Assembly: GCA_963662655.2 (NCBI GenBank)
Contig: CAXXTU010000002.1
Span: 576,001 to 640,000 of the forward strand
Length of the DNA stretch: 64,000 nt
Direction: 5' to 3'
Source: Candidatus Cloacimonadales bacterium
Lineage (GTDB): Bacteria > Cloacimonadota > Cloacimonadia > Cloacimonadales > JAIOQZ01
The position numbers and the translations under genes were made by a program. Positions 10,601 to 20,087 of this stretch are shown one piece after another (position 1 is the first letter of the stretch; the number at the start of each line of letters is the position of its first letter). Under the pieces are notes generated by a model. The model had not been told where the DNA came from and made no database searches. It saw only the letters and a program-made list of their open reading frames with translations.

Positions 10601-11269
10601 CTATCCTTCTTTGATGTCCAATGTTTTCAGGAACCGCGCCGGATTGCCTGCGACAACGCTATAATTGTCGACATTCTTCACGACGACCGACCCCATACCG
10701 ATGATTGCGTACCGACCAACAGAAATATCTTCCCGTATGCAACTGTTCAAACCGACATGCGCGCCTTCCGAAACCTTTACGCGAGCGCCGATAATGGAAT
10801 GCGCCGCGATAGTAACGAAATCCTCAGTGGTGCAATCGTGCCCCAGAAAACCGGCAGTGTAGATATGCGAGAAGTTCCCAAGAGTTGCTCCATAAGAGCT
10901 TGCAGCATTTGCGCATACAACGCACCCATAACCGATTTTGGTCTCGGGAGCTAGAATAACCGAGGGATGAATGGCTGTCGCGTTAGCTTCGAGAGGCACG
11001 TTGTATTTCAAGAATTGCTGAACTCGCTCGAACTTCTTCTTCGCGTTGAACTGAAGCGCGTAATGTATGTAATAACCTTTATTTACATAATCGGGTGTGG
11101 CAGCTGTTACGTCCAAAACGGGGTACTTACCGAGCATTTCACCCGGGCCGGGATCGTCACACAGAAATCCTTCTAGTTTCCACTCCTGCTTTATTGCGTT
11201 AGCTGCTTCGAAAATGGTCATTGCGATCTCAGCGGATCCTTTACCTCCGACAACGACAAGTCTTTTCAT
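10601..11269 (-). CDS. NeuD/PglD-family sugar acyltransferase (hexapeptide repeats)
   Basis: IHPS, GHD catalytic His, IG.GSVV.KNV...VVAGNPAR. Confidence 0.88.
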   Translation of the reverse strand: MKRLVVVGGKGSAEIAMTIFEAANAIKQEWKLEGFLCDDPGPGEMLGKYPVLDVTAATPDYVNKGYYIHYALQFNAKKKFERVQQFLKYNVPLEANATAIHPSVILAPETKIGYGCVVCANAASSYGATLGNFSHIYTAGFLGHDCTTEDFVTIAAHSIIGARVKVSEGAHVGLNSCIREDISVGRYAIIGMGSVVVKNVDNYSVVAGNPARFLKTLDIKEG

Positions 11270-12204
11270 TCGTATTGCTCCTTTATTCGAACCGAATTTA
11301 CATCGGATATTTCTGCTAGAATTCTACCGATGTAATTACCGAGAATTAGAAACGCGATCATCGTTACTGCGTTGTACATCGACATAAGTACAACGAGGGC
11401 GGTCCATCCAGGAGGAACCTGTCCCAATATCAGTTTCCTAATTATAAAAGTAGTTGAGACACCAAACGATGATATCGATATGATTAATCCCATCCAACTC
11501 AATGCTTTCAAAGGAAGAAGCGAATAGTTCAATATGAGCTGGACTGCCAGGTTGATCAAGCTGCTTAGTTTATATGAGGACTTACCTAGCAGTCTCTGAT
11601 CGTGCCTTATCAAAACATTTGTGATACTGTTCGTTACAGACATCAACATGCCCGATATATACGGGAAATCGACCTTGATCTGGCTTATCGCTCGAACAAC
11701 ATCGCATTTGATCATTCTGAAACTCGTGAACTTGATCTCTTCTTTATTGTTGAAGATATGGTTGCTGAGCTTTCTGAACAGGAAACTGCCGATGTTCTGG
11801 ATTTTCCGATGTTGCTTCACCGCGTATTTCCCAATGACGACATCGAAGCCCTCTAACATTTTGTTATAAAGGATAGGGATTTCTTCCGGTGGATTTTGCA
11901 GGTCGTCATCCATCGTGATGACATATTCGCCTTGGGCTTTTCGTAGGCCGGTCATCAATGCCTTTTGTTGCCCGTAGTTCTTGCTGAGGTTGAAGATACG
12001 GACATTGTCATAAGTTTCGTGCATTTGCTTCAGAATGTCCCAGCTTTTGTCGTGACTTCCGTCATTGACAAATACAACTTCGAAACACAGCCCCATCTCA
12101 TCGATTGTTTTCTTGACTCTTTCGTATAAAAGGGGAATCATTTTCTCGCTGTTGTATATCGGAACAACAACTGAAAAAACAGGTTTGGTCATTTTTTGTT
12201 CCAT
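11266..12204 (-). CDS. GT2 glycosyltransferase, ArnC/polyprenol-phosphate type
   Basis: SVVVPIYN, VNDGSHD, NYGQQKAL, TMDDDLQNPPEEIP, two C-terminal TM helices. Confidence 0.9.
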   Translation of the reverse strand: MEQKMTKPVFSVVVPIYNSEKMIPLLYERVKKTIDEMGLCFEVVFVNDGSHDKSWDILKQMHETYDNVRIFNLSKNYGQQKALMTGLRKAQGEYVITMDDDLQNPPEEIPILYNKMLEGFDVVIGKYAVKQHRKIQNIGSFLFRKLSNHIFNNKEEIKFTSFRMIKCDVVRAISQIKVDFPYISGMLMSVTNSITNVLIRHDQRLLGKSSYKLSSLINLAVQLILNYSLLPLKALSWMGLIISISSFGVSTTFIIRKLILGQVPPGWTALVVLMSMYNAVTMIAFLILGNYIGRILAEISDVNSVRIKEQYE

Positions 12205-12431
12205 AATAATCTCTCAATAATCTCGGCAGATCATACTATCATTATTTTCTGATTCTTTCATTCCATCCATGATGGATCATCACGTATGTGCTATCGTCAC
12301 ATTTCCATAGCTCATGCTTTTTCCAACGAAATATCCAAATATTACTTGGTGAATCACAGAATTGCTGTCAATAAATAAATGACAGAGAAAGCATATACAA
12401 ATGCTATATTGTGAAGCTTATCTGGTTAAGC

Positions 12432-13421
12432 TTAGATATCTTGCGAAACGCTCTTCGCCTGAGGTATACTTCCCTTTCTCTCGCCAATCAGATACAGAAT
12501 CATGCCCATGAATATTGGAAAGCTCGCTGTAATCATATAATACAATAACGATACGATGAGCGATATATCGCCTGATACCCCGGCAAACTTATAGAAATAG
12601 ACAAATCCACTTTCTCTGATCCCAAAACCCCCAATGGATATAGGTATTGCTGAAACAATGAATATCAGTGGGCAGAAAACGATATGGTAATAAAATGGTA
12701 CATCTACACCCAAGGCGTTATACAGACAAAAGACGAAAACGAATGAAGCCATCTGCATCAAGGTGATAAGTGACAGGGAGGTAAGAAACACTCTCTTGAT
12801 CGGGAAATAATGTAAAGAGTTCACAACTTCATTCAGATAAACAACAACCTTGTTCTTCTTTCTCATGATGCTGATATTTGTGACCAGCCTGAAGAGGATG
12901 GGAACGCGGATTAGTACAATCAGCAACGTTAGAATCGTAGTGGTGAACAGGGTTAGATAGAAAACACCGATCGGGAGACCGCTTCTAAGGGAGCATATTG
13001 CGCCGATATTACTCATTATTGAAAGGATATACAGTCCAATCAGTCGGTCGATAATGACTGCTGCGCTGCCTTTTCCGATGCTTTTTGAATGGCGTTTTTC
13101 CACCAGATACATTCTGATCGCATCTGCTCCGTTGGCTGAAGGCATGAGAACACCCAGAAAATAAGAGATGAATGTTAGCCTGAGTAGTGAGAAAAATCGA
13201 TCCTGTATTCCCTGTACCTTCAAGAAGGCTTTGAGTCGATTATTTGATACAAAAGGAACGATGATTACAGGGAAGAAAAAAGAAAAAAGCAAAAATCGGG
13301 GAGATTTCACACTACTGAAAATGTGACGAAAATCAATCTTCGTTTTGTATATCAATATTGTGAGTATTATGACTGACAAGGCAATCTTGATAAGATTTTT
13401 AAGGTTTTTTGACAGTTTCAT
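12432..13421 (-). CDS. Lysylphosphatidylglycerol-synthase TM / flippase-like membrane protein (UPF0104 type)
   Basis: Polytopic; PSANGADAIR, DRLIGL, PISIGGFGIRE motifs. Confidence 0.8.
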   Translation of the reverse strand: MKLSKNLKNLIKIALSVIILTILIYKTKIDFRHIFSSVKSPRFLLFSFFFPVIIVPFVSNNRLKAFLKVQGIQDRFFSLLRLTFISYFLGVLMPSANGADAIRMYLVEKRHSKSIGKGSAAVIIDRLIGLYILSIMSNIGAICSLRSGLPIGVFYLTLFTTTILTLLIVLIRVPILFRLVTNISIMRKKNKVVVYLNEVVNSLHYFPIKRVFLTSLSLITLMQMASFVFVFCLYNALGVDVPFYYHIVFCPLIFIVSAIPISIGGFGIRESGFVYFYKFAGVSGDISLIVSLLYYMITASFPIFMGMILYLIGERKGSIPQAKSVSQDI

Positions 13422-13572
13422 TGCTTTCCTGAATTACGCTAAGTATCGAGATTCGATACTATTAAAATTATCCAACAAATTCACAAGTTTATGGATACAG
13501 GTTTGACGTGAATGTACCATCTTCTAAACGACTAACAAGTGTTGTTCTAGTACAAATCAAAAGAAGATTGGG

Positions 13573-14496
13573 TCACGCCTGCCCCTTATCTTTATATTCC
13601 TCAAAAGCTCTTATCGCTTCATGGCGTGCCACGAGGTTGATCGCTCTCTTCAGTGTCGGAGGGGAAATGAAATGCTTCCCTGCAATAGCCACACCCTGTT
13701 GGGCTTGCTCGTTCTCCTGTGATATCTTGATCATCTCGTAGGCCTCGTCGACCTTTTCTTTGTTCGGCGTGTACATCTCTTTTACGATGGGAATTTGCGA
13801 AGGGGAGATGAGCAGCATTCCCTCGTAGCCGAGTTCACGGGCCGGTTTGATAAACTCGCGGAGTCCGTCGTCATTGCCAACTTGAATGTACGGCGTATCG
13901 ATCGGCATGATTCCCGCCGCACGTGCAGCCATGAGAACGTGGCTCCTGGAAGGCTGCAGGGATCTGCAATCGACAGCGTGGTATCCTTCCATGTCGCTAA
14001 GAAGATCTTCCGCTCCGTAGAGAAGACCCTTGACGCGGTTTGCTGCAACAGCGATATCGAAAGCCTGGATGATCGATTGGGGTGTCTCGGTTATAACGAT
14101 TAGTGAAAAATGGTCCTGCGGTAGTGATAATTGCTTCTCTTTTGCGGACAGGATTTTATCCAGAAGAACGATCTCGCCCGGAGAATAGGTTTTCGTAACG
14201 ACGAAACCGTCCAGATTCGGGTGGGCAACCGCATCGATATCCAGCTTTGTGAGGCCGGTTTCAAGCGAGTTGAGTCGGACGAAGATCAGCCTCTGTTTGG
14301 CGATATCTCTTTCGAGATTGGCAGCTATCGTTCTCCTGCCTTCTTCCTTCAATGCAGGAGGAACTCCGTCTTCAAGATCAAGGATAATCGCATCGGCGTC
14401 GCAATTCAGCGCTTTATCGACAAGTTTTTGCTTGTGACCCGCAGTAATCAATGGCGTACGTAATACTAATCGTTTATTATATTTCATGTTACACAA
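13573..14496 (-). CDS. CitE / HpcH-HpaI family CoA-ester lyase
   Basis: DAIILDLEDGV, FVRLN, ITETP, YGAEDL, PIDT, GYEGMLLISPSQI. Confidence 0.88.
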   Translation of the reverse strand: MCNMKYNKRLVLRTPLITAGHKQKLVDKALNCDADAIILDLEDGVPPALKEEGRRTIAANLERDIAKQRLIFVRLNSLETGLTKLDIDAVAHPNLDGFVVTKTYSPGEIVLLDKILSAKEKQLSLPQDHFSLIVITETPQSIIQAFDIAVAANRVKGLLYGAEDLLSDMEGYHAVDCRSLQPSRSHVLMAARAAGIMPIDTPYIQVGNDDGLREFIKPARELGYEGMLLISPSQIPIVKEMYTPNKEKVDEAYEMIKISQENEQAQQGVAIAGKHFISPPTLKRAINLVARHEAIRAFEEYKDKGQA

Positions 14497-14685
14497 CTAC
14501 TCCATTTTTTTACTCACAATCTGGTCACCTGTAATATGCGTCAAGCTTTTTTTGGAAGCGGAAAGCCGGCCACGGCAGCTCCCGGAAGAGATGTCCCGTC
14601 CTGAAATAAGTTGACCGGAGGATAGGAGGAGGCCAGGTATGGAAGACAAAGGAAAAAGCAGAACGATAGAAAAAAAAGAAAAATA

Positions 14686-14714
14686 TTGACGGCGTTAGGC
14701 TGGCCTAATAAAAT
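14686..14714 (+). promoter_or_regulatory. Sigma70-type promoter with a DtxR-like operator in the spacer
   Basis: TTGACG-17 nt-TAAAAT; palindrome TTAGGC-TG-GCCTAA at 14695-14708. Confidence 0.75.
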
Positions 14715-14743
14715 GTGATCCGACTAAAATGAAGAGGTGAAAC

Positions 14744-15508
14744 ATGAGCATTGCGGACGAACTCAGCGCCAGCCTGGAAGATTATCTCGAGGCGATTTAT
14801 CATATTATAAAAGAGAAACAAGCCGCTCGCGTAAAGGATATCGCAGAGCGCTTGCAGGTTAAGGCCGCTTCCGTAACGGGTGCGATGCGCTCGCTCTCGA
14901 GCAAGGGGCTGATCAATTACGCACCGTTCGAGATCATCACCTTCACACATGAGGGAGAGGTGATCGCGAAAGACGTTGTCCGCAGGCACAACGCGCTCAA
15001 GGACTTCTTCGTGAAAGTGCTGTCGGTTGACGAGACGCTGGCAGACAGCGCGGCGTGCCAAATGGAGCACTGTATTACTAAGCCGCTGCTCGAACGCTTC
15101 ATCCAGTTTGCCGAGTTCGTGGAGGTTTGTCCGCGAGCCGGGGGCAAATGGATACGTGGGTTCGGATATTTCTGCGACCACGATTCCAGCAGGGAAAACT
15201 GCGAGCAGTGCATGCGCACGAACCTGGATGAGTTGATTGAAGAACGTAATCATAAAGGAGAAACAATGAAGGAACAATTGCGACTACGGGATATCAGGCC
15301 CGGGAAGAAGGTGAAAGTCGTGCGGATAACCCTGACGGACGCTGCCAGCCGGCGGATGGTCGAGATGGGTATGACAACCGGCACGGTGGTCGAGGTGGTT
15401 AAGGTTGCCCCGCTGGGGGACCCTGTCGATATCAAGCTCAAGGGGTACCATCTGAGCGTACGCAAGAAAGAAGCGGAAGGCATCTATGTGGAAGAAATTC
15501 CTTCATAG
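14744..15508 (+). CDS. DtxR/MntR-family metal-dependent repressor with Cys-rich linker and C-terminal FeoA domain
   Basis: SLEDYLEAIY, RVKDIA...SVT, RRH..L..F, ACQMEH; C-terminal RRMVEMGM..G..V.V...APLGDP...KGYHLSVRK. Confidence 0.92.
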   Translation: MSIADELSASLEDYLEAIYHIIKEKQAARVKDIAERLQVKAASVTGAMRSLSSKGLINYAPFEIITFTHEGEVIAKDVVRRHNALKDFFVKVLSVDETLADSAACQMEHCITKPLLERFIQFAEFVEVCPRAGGKWIRGFGYFCDHDSSRENCEQCMRTNLDELIEERNHKGETMKEQLRLRDIRPGKKVKVVRITLTDAASRRMVEMGMTTGTVVEVVKVAPLGDPVDIKLKGYHLSVRKKEAEGIYVEEIPS

Positions 15509-15785
15509 AGGGAGAAGGCATCTCCACGCGCACGTCGCTGCGCACTGTGATCACTCCTGCCCGATGGCTTTTCCGCTGTCGTTCTGCAAGGCCGGACAGC
15601 AGGTAACCGTACAGTGTGTATGGGGTGGAATCGAGATGAAGAATCGGCTGGAAGCGATGGGCTTCACGCCCGGAACTCCGGTTTCGATCGTGTGCGCGCA
15701 TCACCACGGACCTTTCATCGTAAAGGTGCGCGACAGCCAGATCGCCCTCGGAAAAGGAATGAGTCACAAGATTCAGGTGGCATAA
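15486..15785 (+). CDS. feoA: FeoA family protein (start may be 15564)
   Basis: RLEAMGFTPGTPV...GPFIVKVRDSQIALGKGMSHKIQV. Confidence 0.88.
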   Translation: MWKKFLHRGRRHLHAHVAAHCDHSCPMAFPLSFCKAGQQVTVQCVWGGIEMKNRLEAMGFTPGTPVSIVCAHHHGPFIVKVRDSQIALGKGMSHKIQVA

Positions 15786-15802
15786 TTTTTTTGTCATTAA
15801 AG

Positions 15803-15816
15803 TTAGGCACGCCTAA
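15803..15816. promoter_or_regulatory. Second DtxR-like operator, upstream of feoB
   Basis: TTAGGC-AC-GCCTAA, with the same arms as the box at 14695. Confidence 0.75.
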
Positions 15817-15847
15817 AAACATTAGCATTAGCTATAGCGGAGGATGA

Positions 15848-17971
15848 ATGAAAAAATCCATTACCATCGCGCTTGCCGGTAACCCGAATGCCGGAAAGAC
15901 GACGATATTCAATAACATAACCGGCGCACGGCAGCATGTGGGAAACTACCCGGGCGTCACGGTTGAAAGAAAAGAAGGTTTCAAGGAGTACAAAGATTAC
16001 GAATTCAAGGTGGTCGATCTCCCGGGGACATACAGCCTTACGGCCTATTCCCAGGAAGAGGTTATCGCCCGGAACTTTCTCATCGACGATAAACCGGATG
16101 TGGTGATCGACATCATCGACACCTCCAACCTTGAGCGCAACCTTTACCTTGGCGTCCAACTCATCGAGATGGGCGTTCCGCTTCTGTTCGCGTTCAACAT
16201 GAGCGACGTCGCTGCCGCGAAGGGTTACGAATTCGATCTGAGAAAGCTCTCGTCATTGCTTGGGGTGCCGATCGTCAGTACGACGGGCCACAAGAACAAG
16301 GGAACGATGGAGTTGCTCGACGCGGCGATAGCGGTTCACGAGAAGCAGAAGAAGGCGGATCCGCTGATTATCCGCTACGGGAGCAAGATCAACGAAGCGC
16401 TCGAAGAGTTGTCCGAGGCGATCTATGCCAACCAGAAGGTGAGCTGCGAGCAGGCACGATGGATTGCATTGAAGATGCTCGAGGCTGATGAGGATGTGCT
16501 GGAACGCTATCTGAAAGAAAACATACATAACACATTCAACACCATCAAGGAGCATCTTGAGCCCCGACTGGAGGAACTGCTCCCGACCGCGATCGCCTCG
16601 CATCGTTACGGAATGATTTCCGGTGCGTGTACGCAGGCAGTGCGTTCGACAATCGAGCGAAGGCACTCGGTATCGGATGTGATCGACATGGTGGCGACAA
16701 ACCGATTCCTGGGAATCCCGATATTCCTGGGCCTGATGTATCTGGTTTTCTGGTTGACGTTTACGGTTGGCGCACCGCTCATGGACTGGATGGACATGGG
16801 TTTCGGCTGGCTGGGAGACACCGTGAGCGGATGGTGGGCGCCGGGCTCGGAAAGCGCGCTTCGCTCGCTGATGGTCGATGGAATCATCGGCGGGGTCGGT
16901 GGGGTATTGATCTTTCTGCCTAATATTCTGCTGCTCTTTCTGGCGATCGCTATCCTGGAAGACTCCGGTTATATGGCGAGAGCCGCATTTATCATGGACC
17001 GCCTGATGCACAAGATCGGTTTGCACGGCAAGAGCTTCATCCCGATGCTCATCGGCTTCGGCTGCTCGGTGCCGGCGATCATGGCGACCAGAACTCTGGA
17101 TAACCGTCGCGACCGCCTGGTGACCATGATGGTGGTTCCGCTCATGAGTTGCGGAGCGAGGCTCCCGATCTACGCACTGATCATTCCGGCGTTTTTCCCG
17201 CAAGCGTGGCACGCGCCCATGCTCTGGATCATCTACGTAATCGGGATTCTGCTGGCGATTATCAGCGCGAAGCTTCTTCGCTCCACCATTCTCAAAGGTA
17301 AATCGGTGCCGTTCCTGATGGAGCTCCCGCCGTACCGCATGCCCACGATCAAGGGTATTTTCACCCACATGTGGCAACGTGGCTGGCTCTATCTGAAGAA
17401 GGCAGGAACTATCATTCTCGGTTTCGCTATACTCATGTGGATTATCACGACCTACCCGCAGAAGGCTGTCTTCGATCGTGACTACGACGCTGAAATTGCG
17501 CAAATCGAACAGACAACGACCCTCACCCAGGAGCAGATCGACGACCAAATCGGCAAGATCGAAAACCAGCGTGGAGCAGAAGCGCTTTCATATACGGTGG
17601 CCGGGCGCATTGGACATTTCCTCGAGCCCGTTATCAAGCCGATGGGATTCGACTGGCGGATCGGCACGGCGATGATCGGGGCGTTTGCAGCGAAGGAGCT
17701 CTTCGTGGCGCAGCTTGGGATTGTGTATTCGGTAGGAGAGGCAGACGAGGAATCGGAGAGCTTGCGAGACAAGCTCCGGGAGCATTACACGCCGTTGATC
17801 GGCTTTGCGATCATGCTGTTTTCACTCATAAGCATGCCGTGTATGGCAACGGTTGCCGTGACCAAGCGGGAAAGTAACTCGTGGAAATGGGCGTTGTTCC
17901 AGGTCGCGGGATTAACCATCATGGCCTGGATTGTCACGACCATCGTGTACCAGGTGGGCTCGCTATTTTAA
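15848..17971 (+). CDS. feoB: Ferrous iron transporter FeoB
   Basis: GNPNAGKTT, GNYPGVTVE, DLPGTYSL, NMSD; EDSGYMARAAF, GFGCSVPA, MSCGARLP, FLMELPPY. Confidence 0.97.
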   Translation: MKKSITIALAGNPNAGKTTIFNNITGARQHVGNYPGVTVERKEGFKEYKDYEFKVVDLPGTYSLTAYSQEEVIARNFLIDDKPDVVIDIIDTSNLERNLYLGVQLIEMGVPLLFAFNMSDVAAAKGYEFDLRKLSSLLGVPIVSTTGHKNKGTMELLDAAIAVHEKQKKADPLIIRYGSKINEALEELSEAIYANQKVSCEQARWIALKMLEADEDVLERYLKENIHNTFNTIKEHLEPRLEELLPTAIASHRYGMISGACTQAVRSTIERRHSVSDVIDMVATNRFLGIPIFLGLMYLVFWLTFTVGAPLMDWMDMGFGWLGDTVSGWWAPGSESALRSLMVDGIIGGVGGVLIFLPNILLLFLAIAILEDSGYMARAAFIMDRLMHKIGLHGKSFIPMLIGFGCSVPAIMATRTLDNRRDRLVTMMVVPLMSCGARLPIYALIIPAFFPQAWHAPMLWIIYVIGILLAIISAKLLRSTILKGKSVPFLMELPPYRMPTIKGIFTHMWQRGWLYLKKAGTIILGFAILMWIITTYPQKAVFDRDYDAEIAQIEQTTTLTQEQIDDQIGKIENQRGAEALSYTVAGRIGHFLEPVIKPMGFDWRIGTAMIGAFAAKELFVAQLGIVYSVGEADEESESLRDKLREHYTPLIGFAIMLFSLISMPCMATVAVTKRESNSWKWALFQVAGLTIMAWIVTTIVYQVGSLF

Positions 17972-17989
17972 GCGAAAGGAACGAAGAAT

Positions 17990-18175
17990 ATGGAAATGAT
18001 AATCATTATACTGCTCGGGCTGGGTTCCGCGATCTTTCTCGGCTACAAGCTTCGCAAGAGCTTTCAGGGGGAGACGGAATGCTGCGGAACCTCTCAGTGT
18101 AGCGGCAATTGCAAGAGCTGCGCTCTGCTGGAGCAGGCGCGGCTGGATATACATCAAGGAAAGGAAGACAAATGA
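17990..18175 (+). CDS. FeoB-associated Cys-rich small membrane protein
   Basis: N-terminal TM helix then CCG..CSGNCKSC, directly after feoB. Confidence 0.8.
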   Translation: MEMIIIILLGLGSAIFLGYKLRKSFQGETECCGTSQCSGNCKSCALLEQARLDIHQGKEDK

Positions 18176-19188
18176 AGAACGTAATAATAATCATGATTGC
18201 GCTTGCGATCGCTCAGACGGCCTTTGCGGAAATACCGATGCCGAATCTGCATTATAACATCATGCTGGATGCGAAGTTCTACAGTGGCGACGGGGCGAAC
18301 GAAGGAACGTACGACACCACCAATCGCTACCAGATCCGTAAGGCATCGGTTGCGGCAGAAGGCGAGCTTACAGATCGCGTGACCTACGGCGTGGAGTATG
18401 GAATATCGACATGCGTGGGAACCAGCGACCAGCTCAAGCTGATGGAAGCGGAGGTGATGTACGCGGTTTTCGACAACATTCACGTTGGGATCAAGCAAGG
18501 TCATGTGCTCCGGGGTTTTGCGTCCAGGACAGAATGTCCTGCTCGTCTTTCCATGGAGAAGCCGGTATTCCAGAAGACATTTGGCGCATGTCATCCGCTC
18601 GGAGTGGTCGCCGGCGGTTACTTCGAGATGGGTGACAACATGGGGTTGGAGGCGGAACTCGCGCTCATGAACGGGGCGAACGGTACGCTTGATGGCGAGC
18701 ACGACTACAACTTCGGTATAATTTTCGAAACACCGGTGTCCGGACTCGCGGTTACAGGATCCTATAATCATGTGGAACGCCAATATTACGATGAAAGTTA
18801 CCAGCAATACTCGGAAGACGGTTCTCGTTATGGTGGCGGCGTCAACTACCAGAATTACAATGTGTGGGCGACTGCCGAGTATTTCACCGGCGAAGGTTTC
18901 GAGCGGGACGACCAGAAGATGAACGCTTGGTATACCCAGCTCGGATACGATATTCGAATTGGATTGGAACGGCTTTCATCCGTTCAGCCGTACGTGATGT
19001 ACGAATCTTGGGACCGTGATGTCGATGCGGACGATGAGCAACTTTACGAGTATCTCGAGGCCGGATTGAACATCAAGATTTCCGCCAACACGATGCTGCG
19101 TGGCGCGTGGCGTACCAATCAGACGGCTCCCGACGGAGTGGTCGAAGAGCCTGAAAGCGTAATCATCCGGTTACAAACCGGATTCTAA
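18172..19188 (+). CDS. Outer-membrane porin-like beta-barrel (OprO/P-like)
   Basis: Signal peptide from MKNVIII (ATGA overlap with the upstream stop); amphipathic strands; terminal RLQTGF. Confidence 0.7.
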   Translation: MKNVIIIMIALAIAQTAFAEIPMPNLHYNIMLDAKFYSGDGANEGTYDTTNRYQIRKASVAAEGELTDRVTYGVEYGISTCVGTSDQLKLMEAEVMYAVFDNIHVGIKQGHVLRGFASRTECPARLSMEKPVFQKTFGACHPLGVVAGGYFEMGDNMGLEAELALMNGANGTLDGEHDYNFGIIFETPVSGLAVTGSYNHVERQYYDESYQQYSEDGSRYGGGVNYQNYNVWATAEYFTGEGFERDDQKMNAWYTQLGYDIRIGLERLSSVQPYVMYESWDRDVDADDEQLYEYLEAGLNIKISANTMLRGAWRTNQTAPDGVVEEPESVIIRLQTGF

Positions 19189-19199
19189 TTCAAGGAGAG

Positions 19200-20087
19200 A
19201 TGATGAAAAAGAAAGCGACAATTCTCTTTTTTGCGCTCGTTATCGCGATCGGAATGTTCGCGGAAACGGTAACGCTCGAACCGAGCGACGACATGTACAC
19301 CGACGCAGAACATCCGGGTGAAAGTCCGGTGATTACCGAACTCTGGACTGCCGACTTCAGCGCATCAGGGCATTTCGAACGCATTATGATCCGGTTCGAT
19401 GTTGATGATTTTCACAACGTGAACCTCCAATCAGCCACGCTTCATCTTACTCGTTTTTATAGCTGTCCATCGGGAGGAACAACTGCGGCGACTTTCTATG
19501 CGATTGACGAAGTGTGGGACGAAGAAACCTGGAATCACACGCAGCATATCGCATACAATAGCGCTGTTTCCATGCCATACGTGTTCAGCGGAACCGGCGG
19601 AAATGCAATCGTCGATTTCGAGGTCGATGTGACGGAATTCATTCGTACCTGGATAGAGAATGATCTAACAAACAACGGTTTTGTCATTTTGGCAAACAGC
19701 AATCAGAAGTTTTCCAAGTTCTACTCCAAGGAACACGTAAACAGCGATTACCATCCAACGCTGACGCTCAACTACGAGGCGTCGGCAAGTCAGGAAGATG
19801 AAATGACTCCCTACGAAGTCACTGCCATGAACTTCCCCAATCCGTTTAATCCGCAAACCACGATCAGCTATTCCATTCCCCAAGACTCCCTCGTCCGCGT
19901 GGATATTTTCGATGTCCGCGGTCGCCTTGTCTATGAGATGTGTGAAGGTTATCAATCACAGGGGCAACATCAGGTAACCTGGGATGGGAAGAACCGATCG
20001 GGGAAAACGGCTGCAAGCGGAGTGTATTACTATCGGATTACAACCAATCGCGGCACGATTACAAGGCCGATGGTCATGCTTAAATGA
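19200..20087 (+). CDS. Secreted DNRLRE-like domain protein with FlgD/T9SS-like C-terminal domain
   Basis: TLEPSDDMY, RIMIRFD, SATLHL, W.E...TW, NNGF, FYSKE...PTLTLNY; CTD NFPNPFNPQTTI...ASGVYYYR...MVMLK. Confidence 0.75.
   Translation: MMKKKATILFFALVIAIGMFAETVTLEPSDDMYTDAEHPGESPVITELWTADFSASGHFERIMIRFDVDDFHNVNLQSATLHLTRFYSCPSGGTTAATFYAIDEVWDEETWNHTQHIAYNSAVSMPYVFSGTGGNAIVDFEVDVTEFIRTWIENDLTNNGFVILANSNQKFSKFYSKEHVNSDYHPTLTLNYEASASQEDEMTPYEVTAMNFPNPFNPQTTISYSIPQDSLVRVDIFDVRGRLVYEMCEGYQSQGQHQVTWDGKNRSGKTAASGVYYYRITTNRGTITRPMVMLK

Noticed and set aside
16253..17548. Long antisense ORFs (also 58252..59874, 34360..35448, 59983..60999, 50745..51662)
   Set aside because: Shadows of well-supported genes on the opposite strand, with no recognisable motifs.
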